Below are positions 1 through 9,992 of a stretch of 12,608 nucleotides of DNA, piece after piece. The notes under the pieces are model-generated. The model made no database searches. It saw nothing but the letters and a program-made list of their open reading frames with translations, and was not told the DNA's origin. The stretch's first letter is position 1, and every line of letters starts with the position of its first letter. Both the position numbers and the translations under genes were made by a program. Source of the stretch: Octopus sinensis (Eukaryota); the NCBI RefSeq assembly GCF_006345805.1, contig NW_021826549.1, forward strand, positions 1 to 12,608, written 5' to 3'.

Positions 1-775
1 CCTGGGCGTCGACGAGGAATACCAGACCCGCCTGTTCAAGACGACTTTCGAGCCGGGACCTATGGACAACTTCCAGAGATCCCTAGCCTGGCAGTGCTAC
101 CGAGAAGCGCTACCCGTTCGGGATAAACTCTACAGACACAGCTCGAGAAACAAGGGCCCAACCTGCCCGAGATGCAGTCAGAGCGACGAAACCGTTCTGC
201 ATACACTCGTACAGTGTCCAACCACTTCCGACTGCTGTCACATGTAGGACGAGTCGGTTTATCAGCCGAGTCTATCGTCAATATCGTCACACCTCCTTCC
301 TTCAAACGGGAAGGAAGAGCTATTTTCATCATACTTGTGGCTATGGCGAAAGAATATATCTGGTGGATGCGTCTGAAAGGATTAGAGACAAACACTTTCC
401 TCTCTGGTCAATCTCTCATCAACTTCTTCAAGTATCACTTAAAAAGGAAAGTGAGAGTAGAGAGGCAAGTTTTGTCTAGTGAATGTTTCAAAAAAGATGA
501 GTGAATGTAGCAAGGATCGTACGTATGAATAACGAAGCCACCTTGAGCATAATCCTATGAACTCGGAAAAATTTAAAACAGAAAGTTACTTACTTGCAAA
601 TAAATATGTTAACATGTGACATTATTGACCAAGGTTACCGTGGTCTTTTCCGTAGGTTTTTCTTTGTACGGATAAACCTTATCTGTTTCCCCCTTTACAC
701 TTTACACCATGACATTTCTACTTTGTAATTTGTCCCCTCTGTGTTCAGCCCTGTGTAGCTAATAAAGAAACAAAT
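1..775 (+). mobile_element. 3' end of a Tx1/L1-clade non-LTR retrotransposon (ORF2 C-terminus plus 3' UTR), cut by the window start
   Basis: Frame 2 from base 2 reads LGVDEEYQTRLFKTTFEPGPMDNFQRSLAWQCYREALPVRDKLYRH...CPRCSQSDETVLHTLVQCP, a zf-RVT-type CCHC motif. After a frameshift it continues ...LVAMAKEYIWWMR...FFKYHLKRKVRVER. The UTR ends in AATAAA (761-766) plus a short A-rich tail, then a microsatellite. Confidence 0.85.
2..560 (+). pseudogene. Disrupted ORF2 remnant of the Tx1-like LINE
   Basis: There is a frameshift near 225-245 (frame 2 to frame 1) and a second near 490-500. After it the frame reads KR*VNVARIVRMNNEATLSIIL* (stop 558-560), with a TGA where W is expected. Confidence 0.75.
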
Positions 776-922
776 CTGTCTGTCTATCTATTTATCTATC
801 CATCTACCTACCTACCTACCTACCTACCTACCTACCTACCTACCTACCTACCTACCTACCTGTCTGTCTGTCTGTCTGTATGTATGTCTGGTTATCTATC
901 TATTTATCTATCTCTCTAGCTT

Positions 923-957
<35 letters not shown>

Positions 958-1052
958 GTCTGTCTATCTATCCATCTATCTACATATTAATCTATCTATC
1001 CATTTATCTATCTATTTATCTTATTATTTATTTTTCTATCTATCTTTTATCT
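776..1052. repeat. Compound tetranucleotide microsatellite (TCTG/TCTA/CCTA)n
   Basis: Directly visible, with a pure (CTAC)n run at about 806-860. Confidence 0.97.
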
Positions 1053-1467
1053 ATCTGCTTTCGTCTGTCTGCCAAACTGTTTGTTTATCAGATAAACAAA
1101 CAGGCTAGCAGACAAACAATGCTACATAGAAGTCTATCCATTAATGTATCACCGCGGAAGTTATCACTTTCTCCACACAGTGAAAGAATACTAACTTATA
1201 ACGGTTCGCGTTGTCTTCAAATGAAGAGCAATCTCTCGCTGTCTTAGCCTTAGATTTTCTTCAGAGTAATCTCTCTAATCGTTTTATTCCATCACTGTCT
1301 ACGGTTTCATACAACAACCATATCAATGGATAAAAGAGTGGTAATGTAAATAATGTAATGAATCCCTAATCTCAATAAATTATAATTAAACCTTGGGTGA
1401 GAAGAAGCAATCATGATATTAATGGCTGATTATGGCCGTGAAAACAAGGGAGACAACTTCGGAAATT

Positions 1468-2550
1468 AAATCATCTATTCATCCATCTGTTTTCACCCAC
1501 TTATCGCCGAAGAGTCGTGGGGTTAGTGTCTTCAGGCGTCTCCTCCGTAGGATCTTATCGGTAGAAACTGCCATTAGACTTCCCGGATGCGTTCCCAAGC
1601 GCGACCAACTGAGGTTATGGACATCATCCAACTCTCTTGTTCTTGACCAATCCCTAGGCCTCCTGCCAGTTGGCCCGGCTCCAAGAATCCGTCTTGTGAT
1701 TCTTTCTTGCGATATTTTAATCACAGTGAAGGCGAGTGGCTTAGTGGTTAGGGGCATTCGGCTAGGAATCGTACGGTCGTGAGTTCGATTCCCGGCCGTG
1801 CTTTATGTCCTTTATTTCACATTGCTCCAGTTCCCTTCAGCTGGCAAAAATTAGTTGTAGCTGTAATTGAAGGGGCCAACCTTGTCACTGTCTGTATCAC
1901 GCTGAATATCCTCGAGAACTACGTTAAGGGTATGTGTGGAGTACTCAGCCACTTACACGTTAATTTCACGAGCAAGCTAATCCGTTGATAGGATCAACTA
2001 GAACCCTCATCATCATAATCGACGGAGTGCCAGTTCTATTTTTAATATTTTAATCACATGTCCTTTAGTACTGGAGCTGTTGGTTTTCAATGCACAGAAG
2101 TAGCGGCTCAACCTGAGAAGATTCCTTGATCTCCAAGCTATGCGCCTTGTTAAGTAACCTTACTTCAGGGGTCCTTTGGAAGACCTCTATTTCAGTATTT
2201 GCTATCATACGTTTTCGGTTAGCGAATGCTGGAGCTAGCGCATTACTACGCCAACATTTACAATTCTGTCATCCGATTCAGATTCCTGCTTCCAGTCACT
2301 CAGGAATATGGCCTCGACATACTAAAACTTCTCCCCTTGTCTCAGTGATGTTCCATTAACATTCAGAGTACACTGAGAAGACTTTCTTCAGAGGACCCGT
2401 GTCTTAGTCTTCAGAGCACTTATTCTAACCCTGCCTCGTATCACTCGGCATGGAACCCATTCAGTGCATGTTGAAAATCTCTTGGTACTTGTACTTACAT
2501 CAGCGGCATTCCACCCGGATCCGACTAACGAGACCAACAAGGCCCTCACG
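1468..2550 (-). mobile_element. 5'-truncated, decayed RTE-clade (Rex3/Expander-like) LINE, interrupted by a SINE at 1726-2044
   Basis: Minus-strand translation across stops and frameshifts gives RISALKTKTRVL*RKSSQCTLNVNGTSLRQGEKF*YVEAIFLSDWKQESESDDRI...VEPLLLCIENQQLQ..GHVIKISQERITRRILGAGPTGRRPRDWSRTRELDDVHNLSWSRLG...LTPR. This parallels the RTE C-terminus as I recall it (RISTSKSEAMVL...VEEFKYLGVLF...VEPLLLHIERSQLRWFGH...PTGRRPRGRPRTRW...LAWERLG). The 3' end reads gataagtgggtgaaaacagatggatg, a GATG-type tail. Confidence 0.88.
1726..2044 (+). mobile_element. tRNA-derived SINE (family B head, distinct 3' body) with 14-bp target-site duplication
   Basis: A-box-like tggcttagtggtta and B-box-like gagttcgattcc. 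A perfect TSD atattttaatcaca lies at 1712-1725 and 2045-2058. Removing the insert restores the RTE reading GHVIK. Confidence 0.92.
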
Positions 2551-2551
2551 A

Positions 2552-2582
2552 ATATATACATACATATTATATATATACATAC

Positions 2583-2667
<85 letters not shown>

Positions 2668-2700
2668 TATATATTATGTATGTATGTATTTATTTATGTA
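2552..2700. repeat. (TA)n / (TACA)n microsatellite
   Basis: Directly visible; it abuts the truncated 5' end of the RTE fragment. Confidence 0.97.
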
Positions 2701-2823
2701 TTCACAGAATTTTAATGTTTTAATGTTTTAATGATTGATACATGTGTATGTTTAAAAACTGATTTTCAATCGATCCAGTATATGTTTATATAAATTGCTG
2801 AACCTATTTGAATTCTCCTCCAC

Positions 2824-2866
2824 ATTATATATATACATATATATTATATATATATATATATATATA

Positions 2867-2908
<42 letters not shown>
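2824..2908. repeat. (TA)n microsatellite
   Basis: Directly visible. Confidence 0.97.
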
Positions 2909-2911
<3 letters not shown>

Positions 2912-3304
2912 GTAGGAGGGACTTGTGGTAAGTAGCTTGCTTACCAACCACATGGCTCGGGTTCAGTCCCACTGCATGGCACCTTGAGTAGTGTCTTTAC
3001 TATAGCTTCGGGCCGACCAAAGCCTTGTGAGTAGATTTGGTAGACGGAAACGGAAAGAAGCCCGTCGTATATATGTACATATATATATGTGTGTGTATAT
3101 ATGTTTGTGTGTCTGTGTTTGTCCCCCCACCAGCGCTTGACAACCGATTCTGGTGCATTTACGTCCCCGTAACTTAGCAGTTCGGCAAAAGGGATCGATA
3201 GAATAAGTACCAGGCTTACAATGAATAAGTCCTGGGGTCGATTTGCTCGACTAAAGGCGATGCTCCAAAGTAAAATGACTGAAACAAGTAAAAGAGTAAA
3301 AGAG
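2909..3304 (+). mobile_element. Bipartite tRNA-derived SINE, family A, full length
   Basis: tRNA-like head (tgtggtaagtagcttg...gggttcagtccc), internal TA/TG linker at about 3068-3120, and 3' half ending aaacaagtaaaagagtaaaagag. Clearly similar to the copies at 4393, 5634-6489 and 12270. Confidence 0.92.
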
Positions 3305-3336
3305 ATATATATATATATATATCTAATATCTATATT

Positions 3337-3396
<60 letters not shown>

Positions 3397-3432
3397 TGTA
3401 TACATACATGTATTATATTTGTGTGTGTGTCT
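3305..3432. repeat. (TA)n then (TG)n microsatellite
   Basis: Directly visible. Confidence 0.95.
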
Positions 3433-3540
3433 GTGTGTAAAATATGAGCTACAAATCGCAGCCGTTCCGTTGTCAAGTCGTATCCATAAAGTCTCGTTCG
3501 TTATAAATTTTCATTTTATTTCATTTTATCTTGATTCTTT

Positions 3541-3761
<221 letters not shown>

Positions 3762-4123
3762 GAAAAAGTCGTTCGGTGTAAGATCGTTCAATAAAAAGTC
3801 ATTCAACCAACATGGATCTATGGAACTGTTGCTACAGCATCGGTGATTACACCTTGCTACCTTGCGGGATTTTCTCCCTGCTCTTAATGTTCCGATACCA
3901 ACACCTCTGACGACACTGATGCCATTGCTGGACTTCTTTTACCGTAACAACTTAGACACCATCGCTGGAGCATAAAGAGGTGATTTGTATGCATTGGCAA
4001 TATTAGTTTTCTCTAGAAAGAAACCCTACCCGTACTGCATCGTGGAGAGAAACTCTCCAGATGTAGAAAGCAATGCCAAGTTATATCAGAAACGGCAGTA
4101 AAGTTTATTTTGTTGGAATTATT

Positions 4124-4290
4124 TTCTGATTGGCAGAATCTTTAAAAAGGCGGACAAAACGCCATGTGATGCTTTATCCGCATTGCCTTTATCAGCTGTT
4201 TTAACGATGGAAATAATCTGCTGTTTTGAACCAATCAAAAGGGCTTAGATAATTGATTGGTTGAAAATAGTGAAAAAGCTATTGGTATAT
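4124..4290. promoter_or_regulatory. Cluster of four CCAAT/ATTGG motifs including a 15-bp inverted repeat (possible NF-Y element or MITE remnant)
   Basis: ATTGG at 4129, CCAAT at 4231, ATTGG at 4256 and ATTGG at 4281. Arms ttttgaaccaatcaa (4224-4238) and ttgattggttgaaaa (4253-4267) are complementary at 14/15. Function is not shown. Confidence 0.3.
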
Positions 4291-4392
4291 GTAGAGTGAT
4301 CAAACTGTGATCCTTATACATTAAACTTTTCACACGCATGCGTACGTGCTCTCCAATTTCATCCATCCATACAAATGCATACATACTGCATG

Positions 4393-4786
4393 GGCGCAGG
4401 AGTGGCTGTGTGGTAAGTAGCTTGTTTACCAACCGCATGGTTCCGAGTTCAGTCCCACTGCGTGGCACCTTGGGCAAGTGTCTTCTACTATAGCCTCGGG
4501 CCGACCAATGCCTTGTGAGTGGATTTGGTAGACGGAAACTGAAAGAAGCCCGTCGTATATATGTATATATATATAAATATATATATGCGTGTGTGTGTTT
4601 GTTCCCCTAGCATTGCTTGACAACCGATGCTGGTTTGTTTACGTCCCCGTTACTTAGCGGTTCAGCAAATGAGACTGATAGCATAAGTACTGGGCTTACA
4701 AAAGAATAAGTCGATTAAAGGTGGTGCTCCAGCATGGCCGCAATCAAATAACTAAAACAAGTAAAAGAGTAAAAGAGTAAAAGAGT
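4393..4786 (+). mobile_element. Bipartite tRNA-derived SINE, family A, full length
   Basis: A box tggctgtgtggtaag, B box gagttcagtccc, CORE-like ccttgggcaagt, TA/TG linker at about 4557-4600, and tail (gtaaaaga)x3. Confidence 0.93.
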
Positions 4787-4845
4787 ATACTGTGCGGGGA
4801 ATTAATTTAATCCACGTGCACAAACATATATTGTCGCTACGAGCC

Positions 4846-4987
4846 GAAATTCCACTGAGGTCAACAATGTATTTCGTTCTTTCGGGGTTGATAAACTAGG
4901 GGGGTCAGTCATATACTGAGGTGGATGTAATCGGTTAGCCCCTTCCTCTCGAAACAGCTGGTTCTGTGTCTCAATTAGAAATCATTT
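4846..4987 (+). mobile_element. Old, 5'-truncated SINE, family F
   Basis: gaaattccactgaggtcaac...tttcggggttgataaa...tactgaggtggatgtaatcgg aligns by eye to the body of the copies at 10643 and 10873. Confidence 0.65.
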
Positions 4988-5106
4988 ATAAATACACACA
5001 CACGTTTTGTAGATGGAAAAGAGATCCAAGTTGTGTCGTTTTGAAACACATCTTACAATCCGCTATGTGGTCGTTGATGTTACTTTATTCATGTAAGGTA
5101 TATATT

Positions 5107-5418
5107 TATTTATTTATGCGCCCTTTTCGAGCCTAGCCAGGCTCATGGGCCCAGTTTCCCAGTTTCTGTGGCGTATTTCCCCCCCCCCGGCTGGACGGGA
5201 CGCCAGTCCATCGTGGCGTTACTAAAAAAACAGGAAGAAAGAGTGAGAGAAAGTTGGGGCGAAAGACTACAACAGAGGTCGCCACCACCCCTGCCGGAGC
5301 TCGTGGACCTTTTAGGTGTTTTCGCTCAATAAACACACACAACGCCCGGTCTGGAAATCGAAACCACGTTCCTCCGACCACGAGTCCGCTGCCCTAACCA
5401 CTGGGCCATTGCGCCTCC
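5107..5418 (-). mobile_element. tRNA-derived SINE, family D (possibly V-domain type), with 11-bp imperfect TSD
   Basis: Minus strand reads ggaggcgcaatggcccagtggttaggg...tggtttcgatttcc (A/B boxes), with central gatggactggcgtcccgtccag and a (TAAA)n tail. Flanks aggtatatatt (5096-5106) and aggtacatatt (5420-5430) match at 10/11. Confidence 0.85.
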
Positions 5419-5633
5419 GAGGTACATATTACAATTGATTATTCTGAAAATATTGTTGACAAAGTTATCATATAAGAAAACAGGAATCTGAAAAAGACTT
5501 TTTGGTGTTATTTATTCAGCATTATACGTTTCATTTGCCAATAGGAATCGCGAAATTGCACGTGATGGATAAACATGTAAGAGTTTTCTGTTAGAATTTC
5601 TCCAAGCGCAGAGTTAAATAATACAAGATATAT

Positions 5634-5874
5634 ACTCTTTACTCTTTTACTTGTTTCAGTCATTTCACTGCGGCCATATTGGAGCACCGCCTTTAGTCGA
5701 GCAAATCGACCCCAGGACTAATTCTTTAGAACCTAGTACTTATTCTATCAGTCTTTTTTGCCGAACCGCTAAGTTACGAGGACGTAAACACACAACCATC
5801 GGTTGTCAAGCGATGTTGGGGGGACAATCACAGACACACACACACACACACACACGCACACACACACACACACG

Positions 5875-5929
<55 letters not shown>

Positions 5930-5945
5930 TATATAATATATATAT

Positions 5946-5995
<50 letters not shown>

Positions 5996-6489
5996 AGGCA
6001 CGTGGCTCAGTGGTTAGAGCGTCGAGCTTACGATCGTGAGGTTGTGAGCTCGAATCCCGGACCGGGCTGCGTGTTGTGTTCTTGAGCAAGACACTTTATT
6101 TCACGTTGCTCCAGTTCTCTCAGTTGCAGAAATGAGTTGCGACGTCACAGGTGCCAAGCTGTATCGGCCCTTGCCTTTCCCTTGGGGAAGGCCGGTATGC
6201 ATGGGCGACTGCTGGTCTTCCATAAAAACAACCTTGCCCAGACTTGTGCCTCAGAAGGTAAACCCATGGTCAGTGTCTGACCGAAGGTGGTCACCATCAC
6301 CATATATATATATATATATATATATACGACGGACTTCTTTCAGTTTCCGTCTACCAAATCCACTCACAAAGCTTTGGTCGACCCGAGGCTATAGTAGAAG
6401 ACATTTGCCAAAAATGCCACGCAGTGGGACTGAACCCGGAACCATCTGATTCATAAGCAAGCTACTTACCACAGAGCCACTCTTACGCC
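5634..6489 (-). mobile_element. Family A SINE, split at its internal (TA)n linker by a nested family B SINE
   Basis: The 3' half is at 5634-5880 (reverse complement of aaacaagtaaaagagt...) and the 5' half at 6327-6489. TA tracts at 5878-5991 and 6302-6326 flank the insert. Confidence 0.92.
5992..6301 (+). mobile_element. tRNA-derived SINE, family B, nested in the family A linker
   Basis: gtgaaggcacgtggctcagtggttagagcg (A box), gagctcgaatccc (B box) and CORE-like gttcttgagcaagacactt. It shares its head and tttatttcacRttgctccagtt with the 1726 copy. Confidence 0.9.
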
Positions 6490-6504
6490 TACAGTCAAAT
6501 ATTA

Positions 6505-6812
6505 TTATTGTAACCGTCATTGTCGTCGTTATTGTTATTGTTGGTGACAGTGGTGGTAGTGGTGGTGGTGGTGGTGGCGGTAGCGGCGGTAGCGGCGGTG
6601 GTGGTAGCGGTGGTGGCGGTGGTGGCAGTGGTGATGTTATTGTCATGCTTGCTGGTGGTAGTGTCGATGATGGTGGTGGCAATGATATGTGTAATTGTGA
6701 TGGTGGTGATGGTGATGGTGGTGGTAGTGGTGGTGGTGGCGCTGACGCTCTTGATAGTAGTGATGGCGGTGGCGATGTTGTTGTTGTCGGTGGTGGTGGT
6801 CGTGGTGTTAGC
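6505..6812. repeat. Imperfect (GGT/GAT/GTT)n low-complexity tract
   Basis: Directly visible; it explains the poly-V/G/P ORFs. Confidence 0.93.
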
Positions 6813-7030
6813 GTGTATCCCAGGCTTCCATACTAAAGGTAAATGATTGATCTGACAGAAAAAAAATGACGGATCAGGAAACGAAAATTATAAATAATAA
6901 TTAACAAAGAAATAAAATAAAATAAAATAAAACAGAAATAAAAGAGACAAACATTGACTTGCCCCTCCCCCACACCACTGGTTGTTATGACAACTGTTTA
7001 TTGATTATGAATAATTGAATTATATCGAAC

Positions 7031-7205
7031 ACCACTACACCCACACCATCCAACCACCACTACACCCACACCATCCAACCACCACTGCAACCACCACAAC
7101 AAAAACAATCACTACCACCAACACCAACACCACCATCACTACTACTGCCACCCACCACCACTACCACCAACAACAACATACAACCCCACCCCCGTCATCA
7201 TCACC
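7031..7205. repeat. Imperfect (ACC/AAC)n low-complexity tract
   Basis: Directly visible. Confidence 0.9.
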
Positions 7206-7265
7206 AAACAGCATTATCAATCGCAACACCAACATTGAGCCAGCTTATGAGCAATTTTTGTGGTT

Positions 7266-7495
7266 GCTGAACCTGGTAGAAATAGCAGCTAAATTTCCCT
7301 CATACCAAACCCTACGGTCTTATAAAAGGGACACATTGGATAGTGTTGTCCGGGATACACACACTCTGAAAATTAATTCTTTAGTACTTCAAAAAAGACA
7401 AAAAAGAAAAAAAAAACGATGGATGGTCATGGCCAGAATGTCTTTGAACATAGATCAGCTTAATCAGGATTGACCTAGGGCTAAAGAACAACAAA
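7266..7495 (+). mobile_element. 3' fragment of a retroposon (family G), copy 1
   Basis: ctggtagaaatagcagctaaatttccctca...ggatggtcatggccagaatgtctttgaacataga...aatcaggattgacctagggctaaa followed by an AAC-rich tail; it is paralleled by the copy at 7608. Confidence 0.6.
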
Positions 7496-7607
7496 ACCAC
7501 AAACACTACTGCCACCACCACCACCACCACCACCATCCCCAGAACCATTACCACCGCCAACACCAGCACTACAACAAGAGTACCAGCGCCAATCAGCCTC
7601 TACATGA

Positions 7608-7826
7608 CCGCCCAACCTCCTGGAGGTAGCAGGCAAATCACCCTCAAATCGTGACCCTATCGTTTTGTATAATAACAGGACAGGAGATAATGAAGCCTTC
7701 AAAAAGACAGGATGGTCGTGATTGGAATGTCTGTTTGATCCTAGGTTTGTTTGATCAGGTTGACCTGGGGGAAGGTGGAGGGGCGTGAGGGGGGACTGAA
7801 CTTCAACAACAACAACAACAACAACA
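7608..7826 (+). mobile_element. 3' fragment of a retroposon (family G), copy 2
   Basis: ctggaggtagcaggcaaatcaccctca...ggatggtcgtgattggaatgtctgtttgatcctagg...gatcaggttgacctggggg followed by (AAC)n at 7804-7826. Confidence 0.6.
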
Positions 7827-7884
7827 CAAATGACACCAAGTGGCACCAAGAAGATCAAAAACTATCGCTCCAGTATCGACACCA

Positions 7885-7929
7885 ATCATCATCATCATCA
7901 TCAACATCATCATCATCATCATCATCGTC

Positions 7930-8011
<82 letters not shown>

Positions 8012-8113
8012 CCATCGTCATCGTCGTCGTCGTCATCATCATTACTACCACATCATCGTCAGCATCAAACCATCGACTCCGCCATCACTACCATCATCAC
8101 CACCACCACCACC

Positions 8114-8147
<34 letters not shown>

Positions 8148-8150
8148 TCA
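7885..8150. repeat. (ATC)n / (CAC)n trinucleotide microsatellite
   Basis: Directly visible; it explains the poly-S/H/I/M ORFs. Confidence 0.97.
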
Positions 8151-8267
8151 AAACCATCACCAGCACCATCATTTCGCAAATTATCTGCTTCCTCCTCCAC
8201 TCCACCCCCGTCTTCCCAATCGCCGCCCAATCTCCTCCACCACCACCACCAACACCATCGCCCTCGT

Positions 8268-8304
8268 CCCCTACACCCGCCCGCCCTCCGCCCGCCCGCC
8301 CGCC
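8268..8304 (-). other. (GGGC)n G-quadruplex-type motif / repeated GC boxes
   Basis: The plus strand reads cccctacacccgcccgccctccgcccgcccgcccgcc, giving more than four G3 runs with 1-nt loops on the minus strand. Confidence 0.55.
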
Positions 8305-8561
8305 TGCACGCTGTTGTCAATGGAGACGGAATGATGAACAAGAGTGAGAACAGGTATTCAGTGTTTAATGCAGTGGATTGGACACGCCCTGGCAATAAGG
8401 ATTGCAGGTTGGGCGGCCGGAGGTAGGGGACTGGGCTGGGGTGGCCTCGGTTGGCTTGGGTGCACTGTGAGACGTTGGATGTGTGTGCATGTGTGTGTGT
8501 GCGCGCGCGTGTGCATGTGTGCGGAGAGAGAGTGGTACAAATGGTGCTGCTGCTGATTATT

Positions 8562-8618
<57 letters not shown>

Positions 8619-8650
8619 GTGGTGGTGTGGTGGTGGTGGTAGTGGTGGTG
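8562..8650. repeat. (ATG)n followed by (GTG)n microsatellite
   Basis: Directly visible. Confidence 0.97.
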
Positions 8651-8749
8651 CTGGAGATGTTTCAGAAGGCACACCATGAAGAGAGTTTCTTTAATTTACA
8701 AATCGCCAAAAATGTATATAAACATGCGTCCGTATATAAACACACAACC

Positions 8750-9029
8750 ATGCATACATACATACATTCAGACATACATACATACGTATGTACGTGCGTA
8801 TATACGTATATATGTGTGTGCATGCATACATACACACGTATATAGATATGTACTTACGTACATACGTATATACATACATAGATACATATATAAATACATA
8901 CGTACATTTATACATACCTCCCTAATACTTACCTACCTACCTACCTACCTACCTACCTACCTACCTACCTACCTACCTACCTACCTACCTACCTACCTAT
9001 CTATCTAGCTATCTATCAAACACACACAC

Positions 9030-9117
<88 letters not shown>

Positions 9118-9120
9118 GAT
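8750..9120. repeat. Compound (ACAT)n, (CTAC)n, (GATA)n microsatellites
   Basis: ACAT-like at about 8750-8915, CTAC at about 8929-8998 and GATA at about 9035-9120. Confidence 0.96.
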
Positions 9121-9127
9121 AGAGAAA

Positions 9128-9312
9128 TGAGTTAGCAGGGAGTGAAACGGAATGTACAGTGACATTTTTTTTTTCTGTTCTTCGCATTTTCAGTTCAAAT
9201 ACCGCCATAGTCAACATTACCTCTCATTCTTTCTGGGTCCGATAAATAATAAAGTATTTTAATAATCTTAACAGGCAATACTGGAGATAAGAGCAGTGTC
9301 GATTCTCCCCCT
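9128..9312 (+). mobile_element. Old diverged SINE, family F
   Basis: cagttcaaataccgccatagtcaacattacctctcattctttctgggtccgataaa aligns by eye to the corresponding B-box-to-gataaa segment of the 10643/10873 copies. Confidence 0.65.
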
Positions 9313-9339
9313 CTTCTCTCTCTCCCCTCTCTCCCTATA

Positions 9340-9429
9340 GATACATATATATGTATATATATATGTATATACATATATATAAGTATATATACCATATTAT
9401 ATATATATATTATATATATATATATATAT

Positions 9430-9462
<33 letters not shown>

Positions 9463-9540
9463 CTGTGTGTGTGTGTGTGTGTTTGCATATGTGTGTGTGT
9501 ATGCATGTATGTTATATGTATCTGTCTGTCTGCCTGTCTA
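9340..9540. repeat. (TA)n / (TG)n / (TCTG)n microsatellite
   Basis: Directly visible. Confidence 0.95.
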
Positions 9541-9992
9541 TGTTTCCAAAACATTTTACCGTTTTCTAGAAACCTAATAAATACAGAAATACGGTTAGTT
9601 TTGAAACTCATTTGAATTTGACAGGCACAGCTTTAGTCTGATGCGCAGCCATTTTGCTATGTTTCATCTTCCGTGAAGAATTTTTTTCGAATATATTTCG
9701 TTATTTGCCGTCATAAACCTTAGGTTCTGATAGTGTCCGAAAATTACTGCTCTACAACATGCAAGCAATCATAGCTATGAAAGAGTTCTATGTAAGAAAC
9801 AGCCAAATTCGAAGAGCAGATGACAATTAGATCATCTATAAATTGCTATCTGTATGCGATAAATAAAATTATGTTCTTTACTTTTCTTTATTTGATTTTC
9901 ATCCAGTGTATTATAATTGGTGACGGCATTCTATACGTTTATTTTAAGAATTTTAACTGAATTAATTATGATCCTATTTATGGTTTGTCTTC

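Noticed and set aside
1160-1250. Acceptor-like cactttctccacacag followed by a short frame
   Set aside because: The frame stops within about 22 codons with no donor and no recognisable product.
3810-3900. Minus-strand WYRNIKSREKIPQGSKV*SPML* resembling the RT motif GVPQGSVLSP
   Set aside because: It is a single short motif with in-frame stops and no supporting neighbouring motifs. It may be a very old retroelement relic, but I cannot support it without a profile search.
5998-6065. tRNA-like sequences (also at 1732, 4393, 5340-5418)
   Set aside because: They have A/B boxes but no complete cloverleaf or acceptor stem, and they continue into SINE bodies.
6545-7205. (GGT)n and (ACC)n tracts that are mutually complementary
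   Set aside because: Both are highly degenerate and such tracts are common here; there is no shared unique junction to suggest a true inverted duplication.
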